Translations under genes and position numbers: made by a program
Shown here: in pieces, positions 1-8,501 of the stretch
How positions within the stretch are numbered: position 1 is the first letter of the stretch
How the letters are laid out: every line of letters begins with the position of its first letter
Notes under the pieces: generated by a model
Databases searched by the model: none
Told to the model about the DNA's origin: nothing
Seen by the model: the letters and a program-made list of their open reading frames with translations, nothing else
From: Acidobacteriota bacterium
GTDB lineage: Bacteria; Acidobacteriota; Terriglobia; Acidiferrales; UBA7541
NCBI GenBank assembly: GCA_003166795.1
Contig: PMUS01000096.1
Location: forward strand, 1,619 to 65,618
Direction: 5' to 3'
DNA length: 64,000 bases

Positions 1-1071
1 TGATTCCGATTCAGTTTCCAGCATGTCCGAGGACCAGGCTTCTCCCGGCGCCGCAGCGGGAACATCGGCCTCGCTCGATGATGGAGCCGGCGCTGCAGCC
101 GCAACGGGAGCCGCAGGAGTCGCGGCCGCGGGCTCAACGGGCGGCGCAGCAGCTTTCAGTGTTTCCAATCGCTCACCCAAAACATCGGCGAGCAGATCGA
201 TGATGAGTTTCGCGCCGCTGCCGTCAGGATCCCTCGTGGGATTGTATGCCGTGATCTCAATCGCGGCGAGATGTTTCTGCTTCGCGAAGACCGCGAGCGC
301 CTCGCGCACTTGTGCGAGTGTCAAACCGCCTTCGCCAGGATAATTCGTGGCCTGGAAGCCTTCGATGACGTCCACATCGAAATGCAAAATGAACTCGTTG
401 CCATTGCCGTGGATGCGCTCGATGGCGACTTGCGCGGCAGCCGCGGGACCAAGGCGCTGCACGTCCGACGCGAGATAGCGGCGAAGCGGCGTGCGATCGA
501 GCACTTCCTGCTCGGCCAGGTCGAGGCGGGCGACTCCAAACAGCGCCAGGTCCGGCTCGCGAATCAGCGGCGGCTCGCCCCAAAAACGCACCAGCTCGGC
601 GGCGCCGCGCCCCACGATGTGCGACACCACCATTCCATCCACGCAGCCCGACGGCGACGTCGCTGGAATATTCAGATCGGCGTCGCGATCCATATAAATC
701 ATGCTGATGTGGCGGAAATAGCGGCGGGCTCCGGCAATTGTCGCGAGTGCTATCGAGCAATCGCCGCTCAGAATCACCGGCAGCGCGCAGGATTTCACGG
801 CTTGCTCGACGCGCGGCTTCAGCGCTTCGAGCGCAGCGATCACGCGAGGAACATTGCGTGCGCGCGGGCTCTCTTCGTCTACTTGAAAAAGCTGGGAAGG
901 ATCATCGCCAAGATCGGTGACTTCGTAGCCAATCGAGCGGAGACGGTCAATTAATCCTGCGGAGCGTAGCGCCGCGGGCGCGCCTTCGTGGCCCAGGGAC
1001 ATTGCGGCCGCGCTGGTGGGCGATCCCAGGAGGGCAATCTTGTTCGGCTGGCGGGCGATTTTGACCGCCAC
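1..1071 (-). CDS. arginase/agmatinase/formimidoylglutamase (ureohydrolase) family protein; 3' end runs off the window
   Basis: My own translation of the minus frame from GTG at 1071-1069. It gives ...PVILSGDCSIAL..., ...MIYMDRDADLNIP... and ...ILHFDVDVIEG..., which align to the three ureohydrolase metal-binding blocks. The frame is open to position 1, so the ORF track (complete ORFs only) omits it. The tail is Ala/Pro-rich. Confidence 0.7.
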   Translation of the reverse strand, partial: MAVKIARQPNKIALLGSPTSAAAMSLGHEGAPAALRSAGLIDRLRSIGYEVTDLGDDPSQLFQVDEESPRARNVPRVIAALEALKPRVEQAVKSCALPVILSGDCSIALATIAGARRYFRHISMIYMDRDADLNIPATSPSGCVDGMVVSHIVGRGAAELVRFWGEPPLIREPDLALFGVARLDLAEQEVLDRTPLRRYLASDVQRLGPAAAAQVAIERIHGNGNEFILHFDVDVIEGFQATNYPGEGGLTLAQVREALAVFAKQKHLAAIEITAYNPTRDPDGSGAKLIIDLLADVLGERLETLKAAAPPVEPAAATPAAPVAAAAPAPSSSEADVPAAAPGEAWSSDMLETESES

Positions 1072-1124
1072 TCAATGACTCCTTACCGTTGGTTTGGTGC
1101 CGCTGGACGAAGGCCGAGTCAGCT

Positions 1125-2105
1125 TCAATTCGCGGCCCGGCCCAACTTGGCGGCCAGCTCGGCCGGAAGCGTGAACCGCACATCTTCGCGAATCAGATCC
1201 AGGTCGCGGTGGTTCGTGAATCCGAATCCGGAAAGACGCTGGCTCACCTGCTCGACCAAAACCTCCGGAGCGGATGCGCCCGCGGTCAGGCCGATGGATT
1301 TCACGCCTTCGAGCGCCGCGGCGTCAATGTCGTTCGAATCCTCAATCAGCCGCGCTGCAACTCCCGCGCGCTGCGCCACTTCCACAAGCCGGTTCGAATT
1401 CGAGCTGTTCGCCGAGCCCACGACCAGAATCAATTCCACTTCGCGAGTGAGCGCCTCGACCGCTTCCTGGCGATTCTGCGTCGCGTAGCAGATATCGTCC
1501 GACGCCGGACCGACAATCGACGGAAATTTCTGTCGCAGGCGCGCAACGATTTCCTGCGTGTCGTAGAGCGAGAGAGTAGTCTGCGTCAGGAACGCCAGAC
1601 GCGTCGGGTCGGGCACTTGCAGTCGGTCCACTTCCTCGACGGTTCCGACTACTATGGTCTGATCGGGCGCTTCACCCGATGTGCCGACGATTTCCTGATG
1701 GTCTCGGTGGCCGATCAGAATGAGCGTGCGGCCCTCGCGCGCGAATTTCAGCGCTTCCAGATGAACTTTGGTGACGAGCGGGCAGGTCGCGTCAATCACG
1801 CGCAGCTCTCGCTCCTTCGCTTCGGTCCGCACGCGCGGCGGAACGCCGTGCGCGCTGAAAACCAGCACCGCGCCGACCGGCACTTCGCCGATAGTCTCGA
1901 CGAAGATCGCGCCGCGTCCGCGCAACTGATCCACAACGTAGCGGTTGTGCACGATTTCGTGGTGCACGTAGACGGGGCTGCCGTAGGCCTCGAGCGCTAG
2001 CTCGACGATATCCACCGCGCGCACAACCCCGGCGCAAAATCCTCGCGGCCGCACGCGGACCAGCGTCTTGGCCCCGTTCGTTCCCTGAATGCTAGTAAGC
2101 GTCAA
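1125..2105 (-). CDS. ispH: 4-hydroxy-3-methylbut-2-enyl diphosphate reductase
   Basis: 326 aa. RPRGFCAGVVRAVDIVE, VYVHHEIVHN, ATCPLVTKVH and GSANSSNSNRL are typical IspH/LytB blocks with the three Fe-S Cys contexts. Confidence 0.95.
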   Translation of the reverse strand: MTLTSIQGTNGAKTLVRVRPRGFCAGVVRAVDIVELALEAYGSPVYVHHEIVHNRYVVDQLRGRGAIFVETIGEVPVGAVLVFSAHGVPPRVRTEAKERELRVIDATCPLVTKVHLEALKFAREGRTLILIGHRDHQEIVGTSGEAPDQTIVVGTVEEVDRLQVPDPTRLAFLTQTTLSLYDTQEIVARLRQKFPSIVGPASDDICYATQNRQEAVEALTREVELILVVGSANSSNSNRLVEVAQRAGVAARLIEDSNDIDAAALEGVKSIGLTAGASAPEVLVEQVSQRLSGFGFTNHRDLDLIREDVRFTLPAELAAKLGRAAN

Positions 2106-2290
2106 TGGCTTCTCCGCAAATCACAGTAATATTACCTGAAGCGTAGCTTCCCTGCCACTTTGTTCGAGATGACCGTGTGTCCTTCTTGGTTCTTGGGCCG
2201 CGGGCGGAACTTCGGCTCTGCGGGTGTGGTGGAGATTGCGTTATCTTCCGAATCGGTGTTGAGGCGAAATTGACGGGAGAACCGCGCCGT

Positions 2291-2455
2291 TTAGTGCAAA
2301 TGCAGGTGGCCGGTAAAATAGAGGGCCAGAAGAACCAGCACGATCGCACTCACCGCGACGGGGTAATAGCCCCAGTTCTTGCTGTGCGGCCAGATTGGAA
2401 GACTTCCCACAAGGGCAATGATGATAACTACGGCGAAAACGAATAGGAGCGTCAT
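2291..2455 (-). CDS. DUF3309 family small membrane protein (54 aa)
   Basis: My own translation: MTLLFVFAVVIIIALVGSLPIWPHSKNWGYYPVAVSAIVLVLLALYFTGHLHLH. It is too short for the ORF track. It is a paralog of 5382-5546, and the two differ mostly by synonymous changes, which argues for real coding sequence. Confidence 0.75.
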   Translation of the reverse strand: MTLLFVFAVVIIIALVGSLPIWPHSKNWGYYPVAVSAIVLVLLALYFTGHLHLH

Positions 2456-2636
2456 GGTTGGGCGGTATCCTTGAGCTTTGCCGCGCGGTCATTCGCGGTT
2501 TCTATTTGGGACGGATCGGCGATGCGGGGAATCGGCACTATTGGCCACACGCCGGAGAGCGCTTCCGGGCACCAATGCTTTCTTGTTTTGTCGTTGGGCA
2601 TATGCGGATGATGGGCCTGATATTTCGACTACCGAC

Positions 2637-3092
2637 CTAACCTTCGCCGACGCACTCGTTCCAGAGTCCCGGATGCGCGCGCTGAAACTTGGCCATCATT
2701 TCGATGCACTCCGACGAGGCCAGATCGAGGATATCGAATCCTTTTTCGCGCAGCCAGGCGACGCCACCTTGCGCGTTGACGCTGTCGCCGACGATCACCT
2801 GCTTGAAGCGGAACTGATGGATCAACCCCGTGCAATACCAGCACGGCGCGAGCGTGGTCACCAGAATCAGGTCGCCGTATCTGGGCTGGCGCCCCGCGGC
2901 GCGAAAGGCGTCGGTCTCGCCGTGCATCGAAGGGTCCCCGTTCTGGACCAAGCGGTTGCGCCCCGCTCCCAGCAGCGTGCCGTCGGTGCGAAAAATGGCA
3001 CCGCCGACGGGAATGCCTCCTTCGGCGAGTCCAATGCGGGCTTGTTCGATAGCGACGGCCAACATGCCGTGCGCGTCCAATGCGGGATTCAT
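2637..3092 (-). CDS. FCY1-type cytosine deaminase (CMP/dCMP deaminase zinc-binding family)
   Basis: EGGIPVGGAI, MHGETDA (HxE) and TTLAPCWYCTG (PCxxC) are present, and the end ...LWNECVGEG parallels yeast Fcy1. I placed the start at the internal ATG (M13 of the 163-aa ORF). Confidence 0.85.
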   Translation of the reverse strand: MNPALDAHGMLAVAIEQARIGLAEGGIPVGGAIFRTDGTLLGAGRNRLVQNGDPSMHGETDAFRAAGRQPRYGDLILVTTLAPCWYCTGLIHQFRFKQVIVGDSVNAQGGVAWLREKGFDILDLASSECIEMMAKFQRAHPGLWNECVGEG

Positions 3093-3198
3093 GCGCAAAG
3101 TGTAGCACCGCCGATCCGCTTGACTCAACGGCGCTGCCCGCAGCAGACTAAGCGCTCCATCCAGAAACCGAAATCGGATTCACGAAAGAGTCCGCGCG

Positions 3199-4626
3199 TT
3201 GGCGCCAGAGACCAAGCGAGATTTATACCCGGTCGAACCTGAATCCGCAGCCGAGGCGAGCCAACCCCACTATGGCTTGCAGCGGCATGTGCTCGGGCCG
3301 CTGGAAACGCTTGCACAATCGGTCTCGACCATGGCTCCGACTTGCTCGGCTGCCCTGACCGTGCCGCTGGTATTTGCCACGGCGGGAAATGGGACGTGGC
3401 TGGCGTATTTGTTGGCGACGGTGTGCACGCTGCTGGTGGCGCTTTGCATTGCACGTTTCGCACAACAATCGGCCTCTCCCGGATCGCTCTACACCTACGC
3501 CACAATTTCCCTGCCGCCGGTGCTGGGAAGCGCTGCGGCTTGGGCTTTGCTGCTGGCGTATGTGGCCACGGGCGCTTCGGTCGTGGGCGGATTCATCCAC
3601 TACGCAAATGTTGTGCTGCGCGAGTTCGTCGGCCTCGCCGCGCCGGGCGTTCCTCTGGCCATTTTCGCCGTCCTCGTCTCGATCTGGATTGCGTATCGAG
3701 ACGTGAAAGTTTCCGCGCGGCTGATGGTCTGGGGCGAGCTGGCCTCCGTGCTGCTGATCGGCGTGGTGTTCGCGGTGCTGGTGTGGCGGCGCGGCCCGCA
3801 TCTCGATCCGTCGCAGTTGTCAGTGCGCGGTGTGAAATTTTCCGGCGTGCGGTTGGGACTGGTGCTGGCCATGTTCAGTTTTGTCGGATTTGAAAGCGCG
3901 ACGACGCTGGGCGAGGAAGCGAAACATCCACTGCGCTCCATTCCGCGCGCCGTCATTCAAAGTGTGGTGTTCTCGGGATTGTTTTTCATCGCGGCGTCGT
4001 ATACAGAAGTGCTCGGGTTTCCCGCGTCCGCGGGGACGCTGGATCAGAGCGACGCGCCGATGAGCGTGCTCTCGACCGCGGCAGGCATCAGCAGGCTCGG
4101 CCCGGTGATTGACATCTGCGCGATGGTCAGCATGTTTGCCTGCACGCTCGCGTGCGTCACTGCGGCGGCGCGTGTACTCCTGCTGATGGCGCACAACGGG
4201 CTGGCGAGTCGCGCGCTGAGCAAAATACACCCGCGCAATCAGACGCCCTACACTGCCGTCCTGGCCACCGGCGCCGCAACGATGCTGCTGTCTGTGGCTC
4301 TGGTGGTCGCCAAAGTTAGCGGTGAGACCATCTACGATTGGATGGGATCGCTCGCGACGTACGGATTTCTCAGTGTGTATGCGCTGGTGGCGATTGCGCT
4401 GCCCTTGCACCTGCGGCGATTGCGAAGCCTGACGTTCGGGAGTCTTCTGCTCGCAATTCTAGCCGTGGCCGCCATGGCGACGGTGCTTGCTGGAACGCTT
4501 TATCCGATTCCCGAGCCGCCCAAGAACTGGCTGCCGTATCTATTTCTGTTGTATCTGGCGGCAGCGATTGGCTGGCATGCGTTGCGTTCCGGGCCGAAAG
4601 AAAACAGTTTGTCGGCGGACCGGTGA
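3199..4626 (+). CDS. APC superfamily amino acid/polyamine-type permease
   Basis: 475 aa with about 12 hydrophobic segments. The N-terminal LQRHVLGPLETLAQSVSTMAP is a typical APC opening. It is divergent from the deaminase. The TTG start is not certain. Confidence 0.85.
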   Translation: MAPETKRDLYPVEPESAAEASQPHYGLQRHVLGPLETLAQSVSTMAPTCSAALTVPLVFATAGNGTWLAYLLATVCTLLVALCIARFAQQSASPGSLYTYATISLPPVLGSAAAWALLLAYVATGASVVGGFIHYANVVLREFVGLAAPGVPLAIFAVLVSIWIAYRDVKVSARLMVWGELASVLLIGVVFAVLVWRRGPHLDPSQLSVRGVKFSGVRLGLVLAMFSFVGFESATTLGEEAKHPLRSIPRAVIQSVVFSGLFFIAASYTEVLGFPASAGTLDQSDAPMSVLSTAAGISRLGPVIDICAMVSMFACTLACVTAAARVLLLMAHNGLASRALSKIHPRNQTPYTAVLATGAATMLLSVALVVAKVSGETIYDWMGSLATYGFLSVYALVAIALPLHLRRLRSLTFGSLLLAILAVAAMATVLAGTLYPIPEPPKNWLPYLFLLYLAAAIGWHALRSGPKENSLSADR

Positions 4627-4981
4627 GTTGAAAAATCGCGGCGCTTCCGTACGCCGGCGAAGTCGTGTCCAATGACAAGTTTTTTCACAGACTGTACCCC
4701 GAAGCTCAGAAGACGGGACGCGTGAAGGCTAAACTGTTGAGTAACGGCGATTTCCTCAAACGATTCTAGGGTCGTTCGTGCGTTCGTTACTTTGGCGAAC
4801 GCGAAGCAAGCAAATCGATCACCTGTACTGTTTCTGTTCGTTGTCCCAGCTTTCCCCCGCGACAAATCCTGCCAGAGTGAGTCGGGGCAGTTTTCGGGCC
4901 CGCTTTCAGACGCGCACGCGTCTCGGCCCTCCTGGCGAGGGCTGGCTGCTCTTTGAAAACGGACGATGCGATCAGCATAGG

Positions 4982-5022
4982 CATCCCGAGCGAGCCCCGA
5001 ATAATTCGGGGCGAGACGAAGG
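4982..5022. repeat. CCGAGCG...GAAGG element carrying a hairpin insert (copy A)
   Basis: The sequence is catcccgagcgaGCCCCGaataattCGGGGCgagacgaagg. Related copies lie at 30426-30454 and 63588-63634. Confidence 0.6.
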
Positions 5023-5050
5023 CACTCCATTTCCTCGGTCGCGGCCCAAT

Positions 5051-5254
5051 TTCTAATCGACACACGGGCGATTGGAGACAGCTGAAACTGTCCGAAATTA
5101 CACGATGGGGACCACTTCTAATCGACACCAAACCGGCGCTTGGCGCGCGTTCTTTTCGCGGATAGCAGCCCGAACTAAGTGACACACCATGCTAAGTAAA
5201 TTCCGGCGTAACCTATTGAAAACAAAGAAAAGCGACACCCACAAAGTGACACAC
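5051..5254 (+). repeat. array of paired GACAC-anchor repeat units (two units)
   Basis: TTCTAATCGACAC occurs at 5051 and 5116 (65 nt apart). AAGTGACACAC occurs at 5177 and 5244 (67 nt apart). The interior TTGAAAACAAAG block is shared with the copies at 28618 and 63449. Confidence 0.8.
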
Positions 5255-5381
5255 TTTTCGAGGGCTCGCGACGCACGAGCGACAGCTAGCGCCAGCACCT
5301 TGCTGGCGGTTTTGATTTACATCATGCCCGAAATTCGCCACCAGGATGGTGGCGCTGCGTGATTCAGGAAAGCCGCGCACT

Positions 5382-5546
5382 CTAGTGCAAATGCAGGTGG
5401 CCGGTAAAATAGAGGCCGAGAAGAATCACGATGACCACGCTTATTGCCAGGGGGTAATAGCCCCAACTCTTGCTGTGCGGCCAGATTGGAAGGCTCCCCA
5501 CAAGGGCTATGATAATAACCACCGCGAAAACAAATAGGAGCGTCAT
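5382..5546 (-). CDS. DUF3309 family small membrane protein (54 aa)
   Basis: MTLLFVFAVVIIIALVGSLPIWPHSKSWGYYPLAISVVIVILLGLYFTGHLHLH, read from the internal ATG of the 73-aa ORF. The WGYYP core is typical of DUF3309. Confidence 0.8.
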   Translation of the reverse strand: MTLLFVFAVVIIIALVGSLPIWPHSKSWGYYPLAISVVIVILLGLYFTGHLHLH

Positions 5547-5645
5547 GGTCTGGCGGTTTCCTTGAACTTGGAGGTTTCGTTCACCATACGCGGGTGATGG
5601 CACGCGGACGGAAGCAATACAATTCCACTCTGCGCGCCAGCTTCA

Positions 5646-6029
5646 TTATTTGCGGCGGTTCACGTTTTTTGGTTCGGCGGTGACGGTAACATCAACGCGA
5701 GATCCCTTTTCGAGCTTGGCGTCATCGCCATGTTCGTCCGTCAGAGTATTTTCGATCCGAAGATTTCGATACAGGCGGTCGGCGCCTTCAACGGCTATCT
5801 GCGCCCTCTCAGGCTTGCTCGGACGCGGGGACGAGATGATTTTGGCGACGGTTCCCGGCAGGGTGACACTCGGTTGTTCTGCAATTCGGGCACGGTCCAG
5901 ATTCAGCTCCGCTATCCTTGCTGACCTGGCCATGCGCGGCTTCGCCATCTCCGCCGCGGTGCTGGCGTGTATTGCTTTGTTGGCGTGTGTCTCTCTAGCG
6001 GACTCGCTCTTCTTTTTCTTGTGTGGCAT
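5646..6029 (-). CDS. hypothetical protein (basic N-terminus, charged C-terminal domain)
   Basis: 127-aa ORF with coherent composition and no competing ORF. I did not recognise a family. Confidence 0.55.
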   Translation of the reverse strand: MPHKKKKSESARETHANKAIHASTAAEMAKPRMARSARIAELNLDRARIAEQPSVTLPGTVAKIISSPRPSKPERAQIAVEGADRLYRNLRIENTLTDEHGDDAKLEKGSRVDVTVTAEPKNVNRRK

Positions 6030-6136
6030 TCACCTATCATCACGCCGAGATGCAAGCCGTGCAGTCCCATTTTGCACAGTTGTCAAATACCCGGTCACGG
6101 AGACGTATAGGCTTGTAGTTCTTATCGCTCCAGGCG

Positions 6137-8206
6137 CTAGTGCGGCGGGCCGGTCACCGAACGCGGGGCGTTCGGATCTGACGGCCCGCTCGGCCATTCA
6201 CGGGGGCCGTAGTGCGGGATGGGGCGGTCAAGTTCGTAGGCCCCGAGGTCAGGGGCTTTGCCGGTGAACTCGTCGTTGATGGTGGGAATCACGACGCCCG
6301 CGTCCACTGCGGCTGAACCGGGCTTGAGGCGAAAGTCAAAATCCTCAGGATTATAGAGGCGCTGCGGGTCGGATTTGTCCGGCATCTTTACGTTGACGAA
6401 AATATCGTAATCGACGAGGACGCTGTGCTGATCCTGTTTGGTGGCCTGCTGATAGTCCGCGAGCGACTTGAAATTGCGCGTGACGAGCTTTCCGGCGAAA
6501 TCCGCGGGCGTCGCAAAATCCGGCGAAGTCCACTCGAAGGAATTTTCGACGCCGGGATTCGGGCGGAAGCCGTTGTAATCGGAGCTGGAATAATTCGTGA
6601 ACGTGCGCAGATTGAAGACGGGATCGGCCCAACCGTCGCCGAGAATCAAATTATTGAGGAAATGAATATTCGACGCCGGACCCATCAGGCGGCCCTGGCC
6701 GAAAAAAGTGTTCTGGTAGATCAGGACGCCCGCGGGCGTATCAATTAATTTCAGCGGACCGCCCGTCGTATTGTCGTACGCGATGTTTTGATAGAAATAG
6801 AGCGGGCCGCCGAACGTTGGTTGCGCGCTGAACGCGCCGCCGGCTTCGTTGAAGCACCGGTTGCGGAAGACGCGGATGTTGTGTGCGCCACCATCGGCCT
6901 CGAAGCAGTTGTCCGCCATGTTGTAAATGTCGTTGTTGTAGAAATCAATCGAGACGGGCACGCGGTCGCGCAGTTCGTTGGGCGTGCCGTCGGGATCGCC
7001 GTAAGTGGCGATGTCAATTCCGTCGTGCCAGTTGGCCACGTAGTTGTAGGCGACCACGTGCCCCTGGCCGTAAATCTTGATGGCGTACTCCGACGTAATC
7101 AGCGCTGGATATCCGGGAAACTTCGCCCATACCGCGGGCGTCCACCAGCTTTGCAACTTGGTTGGGTCGTGGCGGCCGATGAACACATTGTCCGCGATGT
7201 AGAAATTCTTCGAGCCGGACCAATCGTCCTCGATCGCGCGGCCAATGTTTTCTATCCGCGAATGTTTCAGCGTGAAGCCGCTGGACCCGGCGATGTTCTT
7301 GATCCCCAGCAAGAATGCGACGTTTGTATTCCGGACTGTGATGCCCTCGAAATAATTGTAGTTCCCGCCCATCAGATTGAAAAGATTCTGGCAGCCGTCG
7401 CCGTCGAAAATCACTTCCCCATCGCCTGCGCCCTTGATGACGATTGGTTTTTCCGGCGTGCCGCTCTGCGTCAGATAGTAAGTGCCATCGAACGGAGTGC
7501 CGTACGCTGCGATGGTGCGATCGAACCCGCTATAAACGAAGCGATTGTCCCTGTAGAGTCCCGCGTGCACCAGGATGATATCGCCCGGCTGGACGCGCGG
7601 CGGAAATGCGTTCGAATGATCGGAATGGTCGGAGCCCATATAATACGCGGCCATCAATCCGGTGAATGAAGGCTCCAGTTTGGTGCCCTTATACCCGAAG
7701 GGATACACGTGATAGACGTGACCGCCTTCCGCGGGCATCGGTTCCTTGCGCGTGCGCACGATGACGGTCTTTTCAGCTTTCCCTTTCACGCCATCGGGAT
7801 CAGAAAGAACGAAACGGCATTCATATTCGGTGTCGGGGTCGAGATTCAGCAGGCTGCCGGCGAACATATTGGGGGCCACATAGCTGAAATAATGGCCGGA
7901 GCCTTCGCGCGGCGTCCCACCGGGCACGGATTCATGCTGCAGCCGCAGAAGCGGCAGCCCTTTGCGCCATTGCTGCTCGCCTTTTTTGCGGAATGTCACC
8001 TCCACGCTCGCATTCCGATTGTCGTCGCCCAAAATGCGCCATTCGAACCCGAGCGAAACGAGCGTGGGCGGATCAATTACGAATTCGCCCGCGACGGTGG
8101 TCGTTTGGGAAAACGAAGATGGTGGAAAAAGAACGGCGGACACGACCAAGAGAAGTATTGCGCGCAGAGACTGAGTGAGATGAATGGGCAGAATCCGAGG
8201 CCGCAT
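6137..8206 (-). CDS. secreted right-handed parallel beta-helix repeat protein (pectate-lyase fold; possible polysaccharide-active enzyme)
   Basis: 689 aa. The signal peptide is MRPRILPIHLTQSLRAILLLVVSAVLFPPSSFSQ. The central part has many N/G/D-rich beta-helix turns (NNDIYN, FRNRCFN, YQNIAYDN, LNNLILGD). Confidence 0.75.
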   Translation of the reverse strand: MRPRILPIHLTQSLRAILLLVVSAVLFPPSSFSQTTTVAGEFVIDPPTLVSLGFEWRILGDDNRNASVEVTFRKKGEQQWRKGLPLLRLQHESVPGGTPREGSGHYFSYVAPNMFAGSLLNLDPDTEYECRFVLSDPDGVKGKAEKTVIVRTRKEPMPAEGGHVYHVYPFGYKGTKLEPSFTGLMAAYYMGSDHSDHSNAFPPRVQPGDIILVHAGLYRDNRFVYSGFDRTIAAYGTPFDGTYYLTQSGTPEKPIVIKGAGDGEVIFDGDGCQNLFNLMGGNYNYFEGITVRNTNVAFLLGIKNIAGSSGFTLKHSRIENIGRAIEDDWSGSKNFYIADNVFIGRHDPTKLQSWWTPAVWAKFPGYPALITSEYAIKIYGQGHVVAYNYVANWHDGIDIATYGDPDGTPNELRDRVPVSIDFYNNDIYNMADNCFEADGGAHNIRVFRNRCFNEAGGAFSAQPTFGGPLYFYQNIAYDNTTGGPLKLIDTPAGVLIYQNTFFGQGRLMGPASNIHFLNNLILGDGWADPVFNLRTFTNYSSSDYNGFRPNPGVENSFEWTSPDFATPADFAGKLVTRNFKSLADYQQATKQDQHSVLVDYDIFVNVKMPDKSDPQRLYNPEDFDFRLKPGSAAVDAGVVIPTINDEFTGKAPDLGAYELDRPIPHYGPREWPSGPSDPNAPRSVTGPPH

Positions 8207-8501
8207 TATGATGTCTCCTTATTTCCGACCGAATACCACGAGCACGTCAACCGAGCGCGCCTTCGAAAACGGGTAGCCGGCGCTCGCCGACTTCGCACCG
8301 AGTTTTTTTCTCGGCGATTCCCCCGAAGCGGTGAAAGAGTAGCAGATTATGGCGGCCGGTTGACATCGCGCTGGGAGTACGTTAAGAAAACCGTTGCCGT
8401 GCGCACGTTCGCGCGAGACAATCTGCATCCCGCGACTCGTGGGTGACGAATCGGCGGGAACCCATTCGAGCTAAACTTCACACTCAGGGAAGGAATTCGC
8501 C

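Noticed and set aside
3093-3128. 12-codon N-terminal extension of the cytosine deaminase ORF
   Set aside because: The extension (MSQADRRCYTLR) has no counterpart in Fcy1-type enzymes. The internal ATG gives a protein that aligns from its first residues.
4640-4980. A possible housekeeping ncRNA (tmRNA, RNase P RNA, SRP RNA, 6S) in the structured gap after the permease
   Set aside because: There are several hairpins (for example AGACGCG-ca-CGCGTCT at about 4908). None of the conserved signature strings I know for these RNAs is present. I cannot support a call without a covariance search.
4500-5063. 187-aa minus-strand ORF spanning the permease 3' end and the repeat island
   Set aside because: It overlaps the well-supported permease and runs through repeat elements. 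The translation has no coherent domain character.
5051-5254. Possible miniature CRISPR array, since the GACAC anchors recur at a regular spacing
   Set aside because: The anchors are only 11-13 nt and occur in pairs rather than long arrays. The interiors are homologous between loci, so they are not unique spacers. No cas genes are present.
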